In this document: one piece after another, positions 1-8,306 of the stretch
Layout: every line of letters begins with the position of its first letter
Position numbering within the stretch: position 1 is the stretch's first letter
DNA from: an uncultured Bacilli bacterium
Lineage (GTDB): Bacteria; Bacillota_I; Bacilli_A; RF39; UBA660
Reading direction: 5' to 3'
Assembly (NCBI GenBank): GCA_944363715.1
Contig: CALVUX010000002.1
Span: forward strand, 22,157-86,156
DNA: 64,000 nt
Position numbers and translations under genes: made by a program
Notes under the pieces: model-generated
Told to the model about the DNA's origin: nothing
The model's database searches: none
What the model saw: only the letters and a program-made list of their open reading frames with translations

Positions 1-309
1 GTTAAAGATAAGTTTGAGAAAAGTGGTATGCATGCAGTTAAAAGTGAAAGAGTAGATGCTCCTATTATTGAAGAGTATCCAATTACTTTAGAATGTAAAG
101 TATCTAAGATATATAATGATGATGAAGGATTTAGAGTAGTTGGTGAAATAGTTAATGTTTTAGCAGATGAGGAAGTACTTGATTCTAATGGTAAAGTTGA
201 TCCTACTAAGTTAAATGCTTTTGTCTTTGATCAATTTCAAAATGGATATTATGCAATAGGAGAAAAAGTAGGGGAAGCTTGGAATAGTGGAAATAAATAT
301 ATGAAGTAG
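1..309 (+). CDS. Flavin reductase-like (FMN-binding split-barrel) protein, C-terminal part; 5' end outside window
   Basis: Frame 1 is open from base 1 to TAG 307-309. The tail PITLECKVSKIY...FRVVGEIVNVLADEEVLD...KLNAFVFDQFQNGYYAIGEKVG resembles the C-terminal half of flavin reductase domain proteins. Confidence 0.6.
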   Translation, partial: VKDKFEKSGMHAVKSERVDAPIIEEYPITLECKVSKIYNDDEGFRVVGEIVNVLADEEVLDSNGKVDPTKLNAFVFDQFQNGYYAIGEKVGEAWNSGNKYMK

Positions 310-328
310 AATATATATTCTCCGATAC

Positions 329-357
329 TTGAAAATAATATATATTTATGATACTAT
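329..357 (+). promoter_or_regulatory. Candidate sigma-A promoter (TTGAAA, 17 nt spacer, TG-extended TACTAT) with no ORF behind it
   Basis: TTGAAA at 329-334, 17-nt spacer, TG at 349-350, TACTAT at 352-357. Downstream there is only structured non-coding sequence. Confidence 0.3.
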
Positions 358-364
358 GAATATG

Positions 365-480
365 TAAAAGAAATTTACATAAACTAAAAAAGAGGAATAC
401 CTAGTTTTGCGTTCTGGGTGTTACCTCTAAAATGGTTAGAAGTAAACACCCTAATTACAAAGTTGTAATAGGGCGTTTTA
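365..480 (+). ncRNA. Candidate small antisense RNA ending in adjacent hairpins plus a T-run
   Basis: Hairpin GGGTGTTAC(416-424)/GTAAACACCC(442-451). Hairpin CCCTAATTACAA(449-460)/TTGTAATAGGG(463-473) followed by CGTTTT. The 3' end abuts the stop codon of the convergent peptide ORF at 481-549. Confidence 0.25.
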
Positions 481-549
481 CTATCTATAAATAATTAAAA
501 GAATTATAATAAGTAATAGTATTACTATTAAAGAATCTTTCTTACTCAT
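481..549 (-). CDS. 22-aa hydrophobic peptide MSKKDSLIVILLLIIILLIIYR (candidate type I toxin)
   Basis: Not in the ORF track because it is too short. ATG at 549-547 is preceded by GAAAGGGGAAATGTTT (RBS GGGG/GGAAA). The peptide has a charged N-terminus plus a single TM-like stretch. The stop TAG is followed by a hairpin. Confidence 0.3.
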   Translation of the reverse strand: MSKKDSLIVILLLIIILLIIYR

Positions 550-792
550 AAACATTTCCCCTTTCTAACCCCCTGAAATCAAGAGATATAGAAAGAGGCA
601 AACACCCATTACTAAGTATTCCTAACAGATATACTACCATATATGATATATATAATCAATCGAACAAGATACATTTTTTAATAGAAAAATTGTTTTATAT
701 ATTTAAATATGATTAGGAGAATAAAAAGTTCTTCTTTTTTTGTTGTCTAGGTATTTCTCCTATGCTATAATTTTGCTTGGAAGAGGTGGATT

Positions 793-1548
793 ATGTTAGA
801 AGTTAAAGACTTAAAGAAGAAATTCGTTAAGTATAATGCTAAACGTAAAAAAGAAGAGTTTTATGCTGATAATGGTATTAGTTTTAAAGCTAAAGATGGA
901 GAAATCATTGGAATATTAGGACCAAATGGGGCAGGAAAGACAACGTTACTTAGAATGATTGCAGGAATCCTTGAACCTACTAGTGGTACTATTTCTTTTG
1001 GAAAATTAGATTATCTTCATAATGAGATAGAAATTAAGAAAAATATTGCCTATCTATCAGGAAATACTAAACTATATAATACTTTATCTTGTTATGAACT
1101 ATTAAAAATGTGTGGAAATATTTATGGAGTAGAGGAAAGTAAATTAGAGGAGAGAATAAAAGAAATATCTAAGAAGTTAAATATGGATAGTTTCATGTAT
1201 AATAGAATTGAAAACTTATCAACAGGACAAACTCAAAGAGTTAATATTGCAAGATGTTTAGTGCACGATCCTAAATATTATATTTTAGATGAAGCGACTA
1301 GTGGACTTGATATTATTTCTAGTCAAATTATTTTAGACTTTATTAAAGAAGAAAAGAAACGTGGGAAGATAATTTTATATTCAACTCACTATATGGAAGA
1401 AGCTGAAAATATTTGTGATAATGTTATTATGATTGATAAAGGTATTGTAATTAAAGAAGGTACTCCTAGTGAAATAAAAAAATCTACTAAAACGACTAAT
1501 TTAAGAGATGCTTTCTTTACTTTAATAGGAGGTGTTTCTAATGAGTAA
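793..1548 (+). CDS. ABC transporter ATP-binding protein (NatA/ABC-2 type)
   Basis: Walker A GPNGAGKTT, signature LSTGQTQR, Walker B YYILDEATSGLD. RBS GAGGTGG lies before the ATG. Confidence 0.9.
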   Translation: MLEVKDLKKKFVKYNAKRKKEEFYADNGISFKAKDGEIIGILGPNGAGKTTLLRMIAGILEPTSGTISFGKLDYLHNEIEIKKNIAYLSGNTKLYNTLSCYELLKMCGNIYGVEESKLEERIKEISKKLNMDSFMYNRIENLSTGQTQRVNIARCLVHDPKYYILDEATSGLDIISSQIILDFIKEEKKRGKIILYSTHYMEEAENICDNVIMIDKGIVIKEGTPSEIKKSTKTTNLRDAFFTLIGGVSNE

Positions 1549-2680
1549 TTTAGGTAATATTTTAAAGAAAGAATTAAGAGAGATGTTTCGTGATAAGAAA
1601 TCTCTTATGATGATGTTAATTATTCCTATTTTAATACCCGCTTTAGTAATAGGAATGTCTGCTTTATTTGAAGCACAAACTAATAAGCCTATAACTGATT
1701 ATAATAAAATAGGTTTTGATTATGAATTAAGTGAGATGGAAAAAGATATTGCAGATAATTTAGATATTAAAGTTATTAGTGGAAGTACTGAAGAGTTAGA
1801 GGATAAGTATAGTAATGGAGAAATAGATTTATATATTACAAAAGATGGTAGTATTTATACTATAAATGGTGAAGATAATGAGACTAGTACTTATGCTACA
1901 AGTTTAATGGATACTTATTTTGCTACTTATAAAGAAGCATTACAAACAAATTATTTAGCTAGTAATAATATAAATCCTACTGATGTTACTTCTATTATTA
2001 CTGTTAATAAAGATATTAAAGAAACAGAAAACTTTTATGGTAATTATATTGTAAATTATGGTTTTCTCTTTATAATTATGGCTATTACTATATCTGCTAC
2101 TTATCCTGCTACTGATACAACAGCAGGTGAAAAAGAAAGAGGAACACTTGAAACATTACTTACTTTTCCAATTAAAAGTAGAGATATAATTATTGGTAAG
2201 TTCTTAAGTGTTTCTTTATCATCAATTATTACTGGTATTGTTAGTTTAATATTAATGTTAATTTCACTTGCATATGCTAATGGTAGTTTTGAAATATATA
2301 AAGATACTAATTTAATGTTATCTACTAGTAGTTTAATCTTTGCAGTATTAGTAATTATTGCATACTCTCTACTAGTTAGTGGCCTTTGTATTGCCATTGC
2401 TAGTAAATCTAAAACTTTTAAAGAAGCTCAAAGTGCTTTAACACCATTAACTTTTATATGTTTCTTTCCAGGTATGATTGCTTTTATGGCTGGAGTTAGT
2501 TCATCACCACTTTTATCATTAGTACCTTTCTTAAACTTTACACTTTTATTCCAAGATATAGTTGTAGGTAATATAGATATTGTTAATATTTTATTAATGA
2601 GTCTATCTACAATTGTTATTATTACATTAGTCTTAGTAGTAATAATTAAACAATATAAGAGTGAAAAAGTATTATTTTAG
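1541..2680 (+). CDS. ABC-2 family permease (NatB-like)
   Basis: ATG 1541 sits 8 nt after AGGAGG and overlaps the upstream stop (ATGAGTAA). One N-terminal TM, a large loop, then about 5 C-terminal TMs, typical of ABC-2 permeases. Confidence 0.75.
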   Translation: MSNLGNILKKELREMFRDKKSLMMMLIIPILIPALVIGMSALFEAQTNKPITDYNKIGFDYELSEMEKDIADNLDIKVISGSTEELEDKYSNGEIDLYITKDGSIYTINGEDNETSTYATSLMDTYFATYKEALQTNYLASNNINPTDVTSIITVNKDIKETENFYGNYIVNYGFLFIIMAITISATYPATDTTAGEKERGTLETLLTFPIKSRDIIIGKFLSVSLSSIITGIVSLILMLISLAYANGSFEIYKDTNLMLSTSSLIFAVLVIIAYSLLVSGLCIAIASKSKTFKEAQSALTPLTFICFFPGMIAFMAGVSSSPLLSLVPFLNFTLLFQDIVVGNIDIVNILLMSLSTIVIITLVLVVIIKQYKSEKVLF

Positions 2681-2684
2681 ACTA

Positions 2685-2731
2685 GTTATCGACCAATTTT
2701 GAATAGCAATATTCCAAAAGTGGTCGATAAC
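2685..2731. repeat. 16-bp inverted repeat (possible bidirectional terminator or protein-binding site)
   Basis: GTTATCGACCAATTTT (2685-2700) and AAAAGTGGTCGATAAC (2716-2731), one mismatch, 15-nt loop, no clear T-run. Confidence 0.4.
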
Positions 2732-2779
2732 CTTGACTATTTACACCATGTAGTATATAATTAATGTAGGTGAAGAACA

Positions 2780-4012
2780 ATGGAAAAATTATATAGAAGA
2801 GAAGATTATTTAAATAAGATTAGAGGCTTTTATGATGATACAATGATTAAAGTAATTACAGGTATTAGAAGATGTGGTAAATCTTATTTATTAAAAACAG
2901 TCATTGAAGAATTAAAAGATAAAGGTATAAAAGATAAAGATATTATTTATATTGAGTTAGATAGAAAAGAATATAAAGATGTTAAAACTCCTACTGAACT
3001 TGAAAAGATTATAGATGATTTTATAGTGGATAATGATTTTAAATATCTCTTTATTGATGAAGTAGAAAATGTTACTGACTTTGAAGCTGTTGTTAATGCT
3101 TATAGAGAAGAAGGTAATTTTTCAATATTTTTAACAGGATCAAACTCATATTTACTTAGTGGAGAGCTTGTAACTAAATTAACTGGAAGATATATTGAGA
3201 TAGAAATGTTACCACTTAACTTTTATGAATATGTTGATATGAAAAAGTTTCTTAATAAAAGTATTAATTCTAATATTTATTTAGAATTTGAAGAGTTTAT
3301 AAGAAATGGTGGTTTTCCAGGTTCATTATATTATGAAAAATATGAAGATAAATTATTATATACTAGAAATGTTATAGGGCAAATTTTTGATAAAGATATT
3401 AAGACACATAAAAAAATAAAAGATAAAGATTTATTTGAAGTAATACAAAATTTTGTTGTAAATAATTTTGGTTCTGTTATTAGTGTAGGTAGTATATATG
3501 ATTATTTAGTAGGACAAAAAATAAATGTTGATAGGAGAACTATTAAAACATATATAGAAATTTTAGAAAATGCTAAGATTATATATTCATGTGATTTATT
3601 TGATATGAAATCAAAAAAAGTATTAGAAGGAGAAAAGAAGTATTATTTAGCAGATTTAAGTATATATTATGCCTTAAATACTAATAATAGAATTAATTAT
3701 GGACCTGTTTTAGAAAATGTACTATTTTCATATTTGAAAACTAAAGGTTATAGTTTAAGTGTAGGTAGAATAGGAAATTTAGAATGTGATTTTATTGCAA
3801 GACGTGGTGTAGATGAGTACTTTTATATTCAAGTTACTAAAAATATAGATGATGAGAAAACTGCTGAAAGAGAATATAAACCATTTTACAAAATAAAGGA
3901 AATGTATCCTAGATATCTATTTATATCAGACTTAGTATTGCAAAGAAATGTTGAAGGTATTAAAAATGTTAATATAGTAGATTTTATTTATAATAAAGAA
4001 GATTTAAAATAG
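2780..4012 (+). CDS. AAA_14 / DUF4143-type ATPase
   Basis: N-terminal YLNKIRGF...ITGIRRCGKSYLL (Walker A) and LFIDEV (Walker B). The C-terminal ECDFI...YIQV segment is typical of the DUF4143 family. Confidence 0.75.
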   Translation: MEKLYRREDYLNKIRGFYDDTMIKVITGIRRCGKSYLLKTVIEELKDKGIKDKDIIYIELDRKEYKDVKTPTELEKIIDDFIVDNDFKYLFIDEVENVTDFEAVVNAYREEGNFSIFLTGSNSYLLSGELVTKLTGRYIEIEMLPLNFYEYVDMKKFLNKSINSNIYLEFEEFIRNGGFPGSLYYEKYEDKLLYTRNVIGQIFDKDIKTHKKIKDKDLFEVIQNFVVNNFGSVISVGSIYDYLVGQKINVDRRTIKTYIEILENAKIIYSCDLFDMKSKKVLEGEKKYYLADLSIYYALNTNNRINYGPVLENVLFSYLKTKGYSLSVGRIGNLECDFIARRGVDEYFYIQVTKNIDDEKTAEREYKPFYKIKEMYPRYLFISDLVLQRNVEGIKNVNIVDFIYNKEDLK

Positions 4013-4191
4013 GGCTTTTAAGAGTTCTATTTTTTATCTATAAGGAAATTGCTTTTTATATGGAAAGTTTCTTAATTTAGGTTTAAATAATTGTTAATTT
4101 AAAGAATATACTTTATAGATATAAGTGTGTTACTTGTTTTGTTATCTTAACACTGATATAATTATTTAAAAGTTATACGAGGAGTTTATTT

Positions 4192-5544
4192 ATGAAAACT
4201 AAAAGAATCTTATTAATACTTTCGATCTTATTTTATTTATTTTCTATTATAATAATTGGAGCCTATTTTTTATTTGATTTAACAAAGACAATAAGCATGA
4301 CAGCAATTCTTAGATTACTATTATTAATTATAAGTTGTATATTTTTATATTTTGGTGGTTTTTATTTATCTAAATATAGAAATGATAATAAACCAATGAA
4401 AGTGAATTTATGGATATTTTTTATTCTATATTTACTTCTATTCTTTACTTTAACATTATTTGATGAATATTTTGGAAGAACAGGCTTTTTTAATATTTCT
4501 TGGTCAAGTGAAACTTTAAATAGTTATTTAAAAGATAGATTTAATATTATCCCTTTTGCAACCATTACAAGTTATATAAATGCTTTTGATAGTTTATATG
4601 ATACTAGTACTATTATGTATAATCTCTTAGGAAATATTGTCGCTTGTATACCTATGGCTTTCTTTTTACCATTACTCTTTAAAAAACAGAATAAGTTTAA
4701 AGTATTTTTAATAACTATTATTTTATTTGTTTTAGGAATTGAACTACTTCAATTTATAACATTATCAGGTAGTTGTGATATTGATGATTTAATTTTAAAT
4801 GTTTCTTTTGCACTCATCATCTATAAAATATTAAAGATACCTTCAGTAAATAAATTGTTAAGAAATATTTTCTTATTAGAGAATAATAAAATAAAAAGAA
4901 GTTCTATTGTTAAAATAGTAATTGCCTTTTTAATAGTTGTAAGTTTAGGAGTAGGATTAGTTTTTTATAGAAGAATACTCTATGATAAAAACCTAGAAGA
5001 ATATGATAATTATTATAATTATAGATTAGAAATAGTAGATGATTCCCTAGATTGTGATGGAGAAAAAGAATTGTTTTTTGAAGATAAATATTATGAATAC
5101 TATTTTAATTGTAAAAAGAGTGATAATGTTTATGCAGTAATTAATGATAGTGAAAAATATTTAGTGAAAGATTTATTAAATGATGATAATACGGATTACT
5201 ATATTACGATTGATAAGATGAAAGATGCTGGCTTAGAATATACAAGAGTAAATAAATATGAAGAAATAAATATTAGTGGGACTGGAGAAATTTATGCCGA
5301 TATTAAAATTGATGATGAAAAACTTGTAAATATAGAAGAAGTAGAAGCTTATTCAGATTATGATATAAATAATCCTACTAGTTCTAAATATAGATTAAAG
5401 TTCTTTATTATACCTAAAGAAGTTGGTGAAACGAATGCTAGTATTAGAATTTTAAATGTTAAAGATGATACATTGAACTTAGAAAAGAAATATAAAATAA
5501 ATGTTTATAAAGATTTAAATGTAATTATTGAGGAGTTAAGTTAG
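4192..5544 (+). CDS. VanZ-like membrane protein with C-terminal extracytoplasmic domain
   Basis: Multi-TM N-terminal half with a VanZ-like motif (NIIPF...GNIVACIPMAFF...CDIDDLILNV), followed by a soluble 200-aa tail. Confidence 0.6.
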   Translation: MKTKRILLILSILFYLFSIIIIGAYFLFDLTKTISMTAILRLLLLIISCIFLYFGGFYLSKYRNDNKPMKVNLWIFFILYLLLFFTLTLFDEYFGRTGFFNISWSSETLNSYLKDRFNIIPFATITSYINAFDSLYDTSTIMYNLLGNIVACIPMAFFLPLLFKKQNKFKVFLITIILFVLGIELLQFITLSGSCDIDDLILNVSFALIIYKILKIPSVNKLLRNIFLLENNKIKRSSIVKIVIAFLIVVSLGVGLVFYRRILYDKNLEEYDNYYNYRLEIVDDSLDCDGEKELFFEDKYYEYYFNCKKSDNVYAVINDSEKYLVKDLLNDDNTDYYITIDKMKDAGLEYTRVNKYEEINISGTGEIYADIKIDDEKLVNIEEVEAYSDYDINNPTSSKYRLKFFIIPKEVGETNASIRILNVKDDTLNLEKKYKINVYKDLNVIIEELS

Positions 5545-5551
5545 AACTATT

Positions 5552-6040
5552 ATGAAAATATATATTATAGGACCAACTGCTTCAGGTAAAACAACTTTAT
5601 CAAAAATATTAAGTAAAAAATATAATATAAAAAGTTATGAACTTGATAAATTAGTTTTTGATGATAATAATAATCATATTAGAAGAGATGATGAAACTAT
5701 TAAGAAAATGTTTAATAATATTTTATCTAAAGATTCCTTTATAATTGAAGATGTTTTAAGAAGTAAATTTATTAAAGGATTAGAAAAATGTGATAAGATA
5801 TATTATATAAACATAAAGAAAAGAGATATTTATAAAAGAGTTATAAGACGGTGGCTTAATCAAAGAAATGGTAAGGAAGAGTATAATTATCCACCAACAT
5901 TATTACAGTTAATAGATATGTTTAGAGTTGTTAATAGTTATTATAAGAAAGAAAAGAAAAAGCTAGATTATATAAATAAATTTAAAGAAAAAGTTATTTA
6001 TTTAGATAAAGATAAATTAAATGAGCTAGAAAATAGATAA
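5552..6040 (+). CDS. P-loop NTPase, adenylate-kinase/topology-modulation (FlaR)-like
   Basis: MKIYIIGPTASGKTTLSKIL P-loop at the extreme N-terminus; 162 aa, a small kinase-like size. Confidence 0.5.
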   Translation: MKIYIIGPTASGKTTLSKILSKKYNIKSYELDKLVFDDNNNHIRRDDETIKKMFNNILSKDSFIIEDVLRSKFIKGLEKCDKIYYINIKKRDIYKRVIRRWLNQRNGKEEYNYPPTLLQLIDMFRVVNSYYKKEKKKLDYINKFKEKVIYLDKDKLNELENR

Positions 6041-6052
6041 GGAGTGAAAGTT

Positions 6053-6529
6053 ATGTCATTAAAAAATGCGAAAGAACATTTAGAAAAATATGGATTAGAT
6101 AGTAAGATAAAAGAATTTGATACATCATCTGCAACAGTGAAGGAAGCATCACTTGCTCTAAATTGCAAAGAAGCTGAAATTGCTAAAACTCTATCATTTT
6201 TAGTAAATAATAAACCTATATTAATAGTAACAGCAGGTAATAGAAAGATAGATAATGCTAAATATAAAAGTAAATTCAATGAGAAAGCTAAAATGATTAA
6301 GGTAGATGAGGTAGAACCTCTTATTGGTCATAAAGTAGGAGGAGTTTGTCCTTTTGGTATAAATGAAGGGGTAGATGTTTATTTAGATATATCTCTAAAA
6401 GACTTCGATACAGTTTATCCTGCTTGTGGTAGTAGTAACAGTGCTGTAAAACTTACTATTAAAGAGTTAGAAGAAGCATCTAATTATAAAGAGTGGATAG
6501 ATGTTTGTAAAATAATAGAAGAAGGTTAA
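6053..6529 (+). CDS. YbaK/EbsC-family aminoacyl-tRNA deacylase
   Basis: KTLSFLV...ILIVTAG...HKVGGVCPFG motifs of the YbaK/ProX editing domain. ATG 6053 lies 8 nt after AAGGAG. Confidence 0.75.
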   Translation: MSLKNAKEHLEKYGLDSKIKEFDTSSATVKEASLALNCKEAEIAKTLSFLVNNKPILIVTAGNRKIDNAKYKSKFNEKAKMIKVDEVEPLIGHKVGGVCPFGINEGVDVYLDISLKDFDTVYPACGSSNSAVKLTIKELEEASNYKEWIDVCKIIEEG

Positions 6530-6534
6530 AGTCT

Positions 6535-7296
6535 ATGAGAAATATTTTATTACTATCTTTTATACTTTTATTAGTAGTTATTTCTTGTAATATTATTGTA
6601 GTAAATGCTAAAGAAACAACTTATAAGAGTCCTATAACTATTTTAAGAGCAGGTGGAGGAAGTAGTAGTAGATCTCATTCAAGCTCTGGTGGTTCTAGTA
6701 GTAGACATTATGGAAGTAGGGGTTATAGTAGTCCTCTTTCTACTATTATTTCTGCTATAATATTTATCATTATAATATTTGCATCTACAATAATCTTATA
6801 TTTTAAAGTACTAAGAGCATCTTTTAATAGTAAAAGATATTTAAGACTATTAGATAATAAAGATATTACTTGGAAGTATAAAACTATTGAAAAAAGAGTA
6901 ATAGAAACTTTTTATATTGTAGAAGAAGCTTGGACTAATAACGATATGGTAAAAGCGAAAGACTATATGGATAAAGATTTATATGAGAACTTTAAGTCTA
7001 AACTTGAGTGGATGGATATTAATAATAGAAGAAATATCTTAAAGAAAATAAGATTAGTTAATCTAAAGCCAGTATCTGTTTATGATGATAAAGATGATAA
7101 TAAAGATTTGATTTGGTTTTACATAAAAGGAAAAATGATAGATTATATTGTTGATACTAAGACAAAGAGTATAGTCAGTGGTACTACTAAAAATAAATCT
7201 TTTGTAGAATTTTGGAAATTTGTTAAAAATGATAACAATGAATGGGTATTAAGTGAAATATTACAGGAAGATGAGAGTAAAAAAATAGGGTTATAA
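6535..7296 (+). CDS. Tim44-like domain membrane protein
   Basis: Signal/TM segment, Gly/Ser/Arg-rich linker, a second TM, then a Tim44-like C-terminal domain (EEAWTNNDM...DLYENFKSKLEWM...RLVNLKPVSV). Confidence 0.65.
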   Translation: MRNILLLSFILLLVVISCNIIVVNAKETTYKSPITILRAGGGSSSRSHSSSGGSSSRHYGSRGYSSPLSTIISAIIFIIIIFASTIILYFKVLRASFNSKRYLRLLDNKDITWKYKTIEKRVIETFYIVEEAWTNNDMVKAKDYMDKDLYENFKSKLEWMDINNRRNILKKIRLVNLKPVSVYDDKDDNKDLIWFYIKGKMIDYIVDTKTKSIVSGTTKNKSFVEFWKFVKNDNNEWVLSEILQEDESKKIGL

Positions 7297-7330
7297 ACTA
7301 AAAAATAGTAGTGTTTTTAACTACTATTTT

Positions 7331-7588
7331 TTAGTCTCCAAACATTTCAAAGATTTCACTCATAAACGATTCTCTTTTTTGTTTTCTAGGTTTTTCTTCA
7401 TAATGTTTTGATTCTTTGTGAGAACTTTCTTTAACTTCTTTATTTATATAAGTATCTTCTTTTTCCATAATTTTTTCAAGTTCTCCACGGTCTAACCAGA
7501 TACCACGGCACTCTGGACAATAATCTATTTCAACACCTTTCTTTTCACTCATTAGTAGAGTAACATCTTTACAAACTGGACATTTCAT
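7331..7588 (-). CDS. TFIIB-type zinc-ribbon protein
   Basis: MKCPVCKD...YCPECRGIWLDRGELEKI, two CxxC pairs. The second ATG (7588) has better spacing to GGAAG. Confidence 0.7.
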   Translation of the reverse strand: MKCPVCKDVTLLMSEKKGVEIDYCPECRGIWLDRGELEKIMEKEDTYINKEVKESSHKESKHYEEKPRKQKRESFMSEIFEMFGD

Positions 7589-7688
7589 AAACATCTTCCT
7601 TTCTTTTTGTTTTATTATAACATTATGTTAAAATGCTAGTAAATAGTAAAATTATACTATATAATTAAATAGTAAAGGCAGTGATAAA

Positions 7689-7976
7689 ATGTTTAAAGTA
7701 GAAGAGAATAGAACTATATATTTAGATGATAAAGGTAATATTTTAGGAGAAGTAGATTATCCTTATATATCTTCTAATGTTGTAGATGTTAATCATACTT
7801 ATGTTGATATAAGTTTAAGAGGACAGGGGATTGCAAATCTACTTTTAACTTATGCTTTTAATTATTTTAAAGAAAATAATATTAAAGTAAAATGTAGTTG
7901 TTCTTATGCTATTAAGTGGATTAATAATCATAAAGAATATTCTGACTTAATTATTGATTTAGTTAATGTTTCATAA
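7689..7976 (+). CDS. Small GNAT-family N-acetyltransferase (YjdJ-like)
   Basis: 95 aa; LRGQGIANLLL...KVKCSCSYA pattern of the single-domain GNAT_acetyltran family. Confidence 0.6.
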   Translation: MFKVEENRTIYLDDKGNILGEVDYPYISSNVVDVNHTYVDISLRGQGIANLLLTYAFNYFKENNIKVKCSCSYAIKWINNHKEYSDLIIDLVNVS

Positions 7977-8018
7977 TTAGCCCATAGTTTTCCCATAATC
8001 TTTCTTTATACTTAAATT

Positions 8019-8276
8019 ATGAAAGGAGGAGATTATATCGTAAATATAAAAGTTATAGGCGCTAATTGTAGTAATGGTATGAAAATATTAAAGAACTTAT
8101 CTAAAGTAGAACGTGAACTTGATATGGAATTTAATATTGAGAAGATAGATTCTACTTATAAGAAGAAGTATAACATAAATGTCATTCCCGCTCTTATGAT
8201 AGAAGATAAGGTCATCTCTACTGGTAATGTTTTAACTGATAGAGAAATAAAAAATTACATTAAAGAGCTTGCATAA
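8019..8276 (+). CDS. Thioredoxin-fold small protein (Thioredoxin_3-like, CxxC degraded to CSNG)
   Basis: IKVIGANCSNGMK...VIPALMIEDKVISTG resembles MTH895-type thioredoxin-like proteins. The start is uncertain because ATG 8019 overlaps the AAAGGAGGAG RBS. Confidence 0.5.
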   Translation: MKGGDYIVNIKVIGANCSNGMKILKNLSKVERELDMEFNIEKIDSTYKKKYNINVIPALMIEDKVISTGNVLTDREIKNYIKELA

Positions 8277-8306
8277 ATGAAAAGGACTCTAGTATTTAGA
8301 GTTCTT

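Noticed and set aside
2101-2397. Antisense or alternate-frame ORFs from the six-frame track. They are: 2101-2397(-), 5998-6279(-), 9841-10116(+), 10543-10740(+), 11768-12286(+), 15368-15577(-), 17514-17777(+), 24749-24958(-), 26777-27004(-), 27713-27964(-), 28950-29225(-), 35172-35396(-), 38463-38657(-), 40727-41320(-), 41772-42140(-), 43127-43381(+), 44168-44875(-), 46101-46495(-), 55836-56078(-), 59227-59454(-) and 63329-63648(-).
   Set aside because: Each lies entirely inside a longer ORF with clear homology-type motifs on the other strand or frame. All lack ribosome-binding sites. Their low-complexity I/L/S/F-rich translations are typical of stop-poor frames in AT-rich DNA.
4030-4048. 17-nt exact repeat TTTTATCTATAAGGAAA downstream of the DUF4143 gene and again downstream of htpG (21820-21838), considered as a possible REP or att-like element.
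   Set aside because: A rough estimate for a 64-kb, ~27% GC sequence predicts a few chance 17-mers. There is no extended similarity or structure around either copy.
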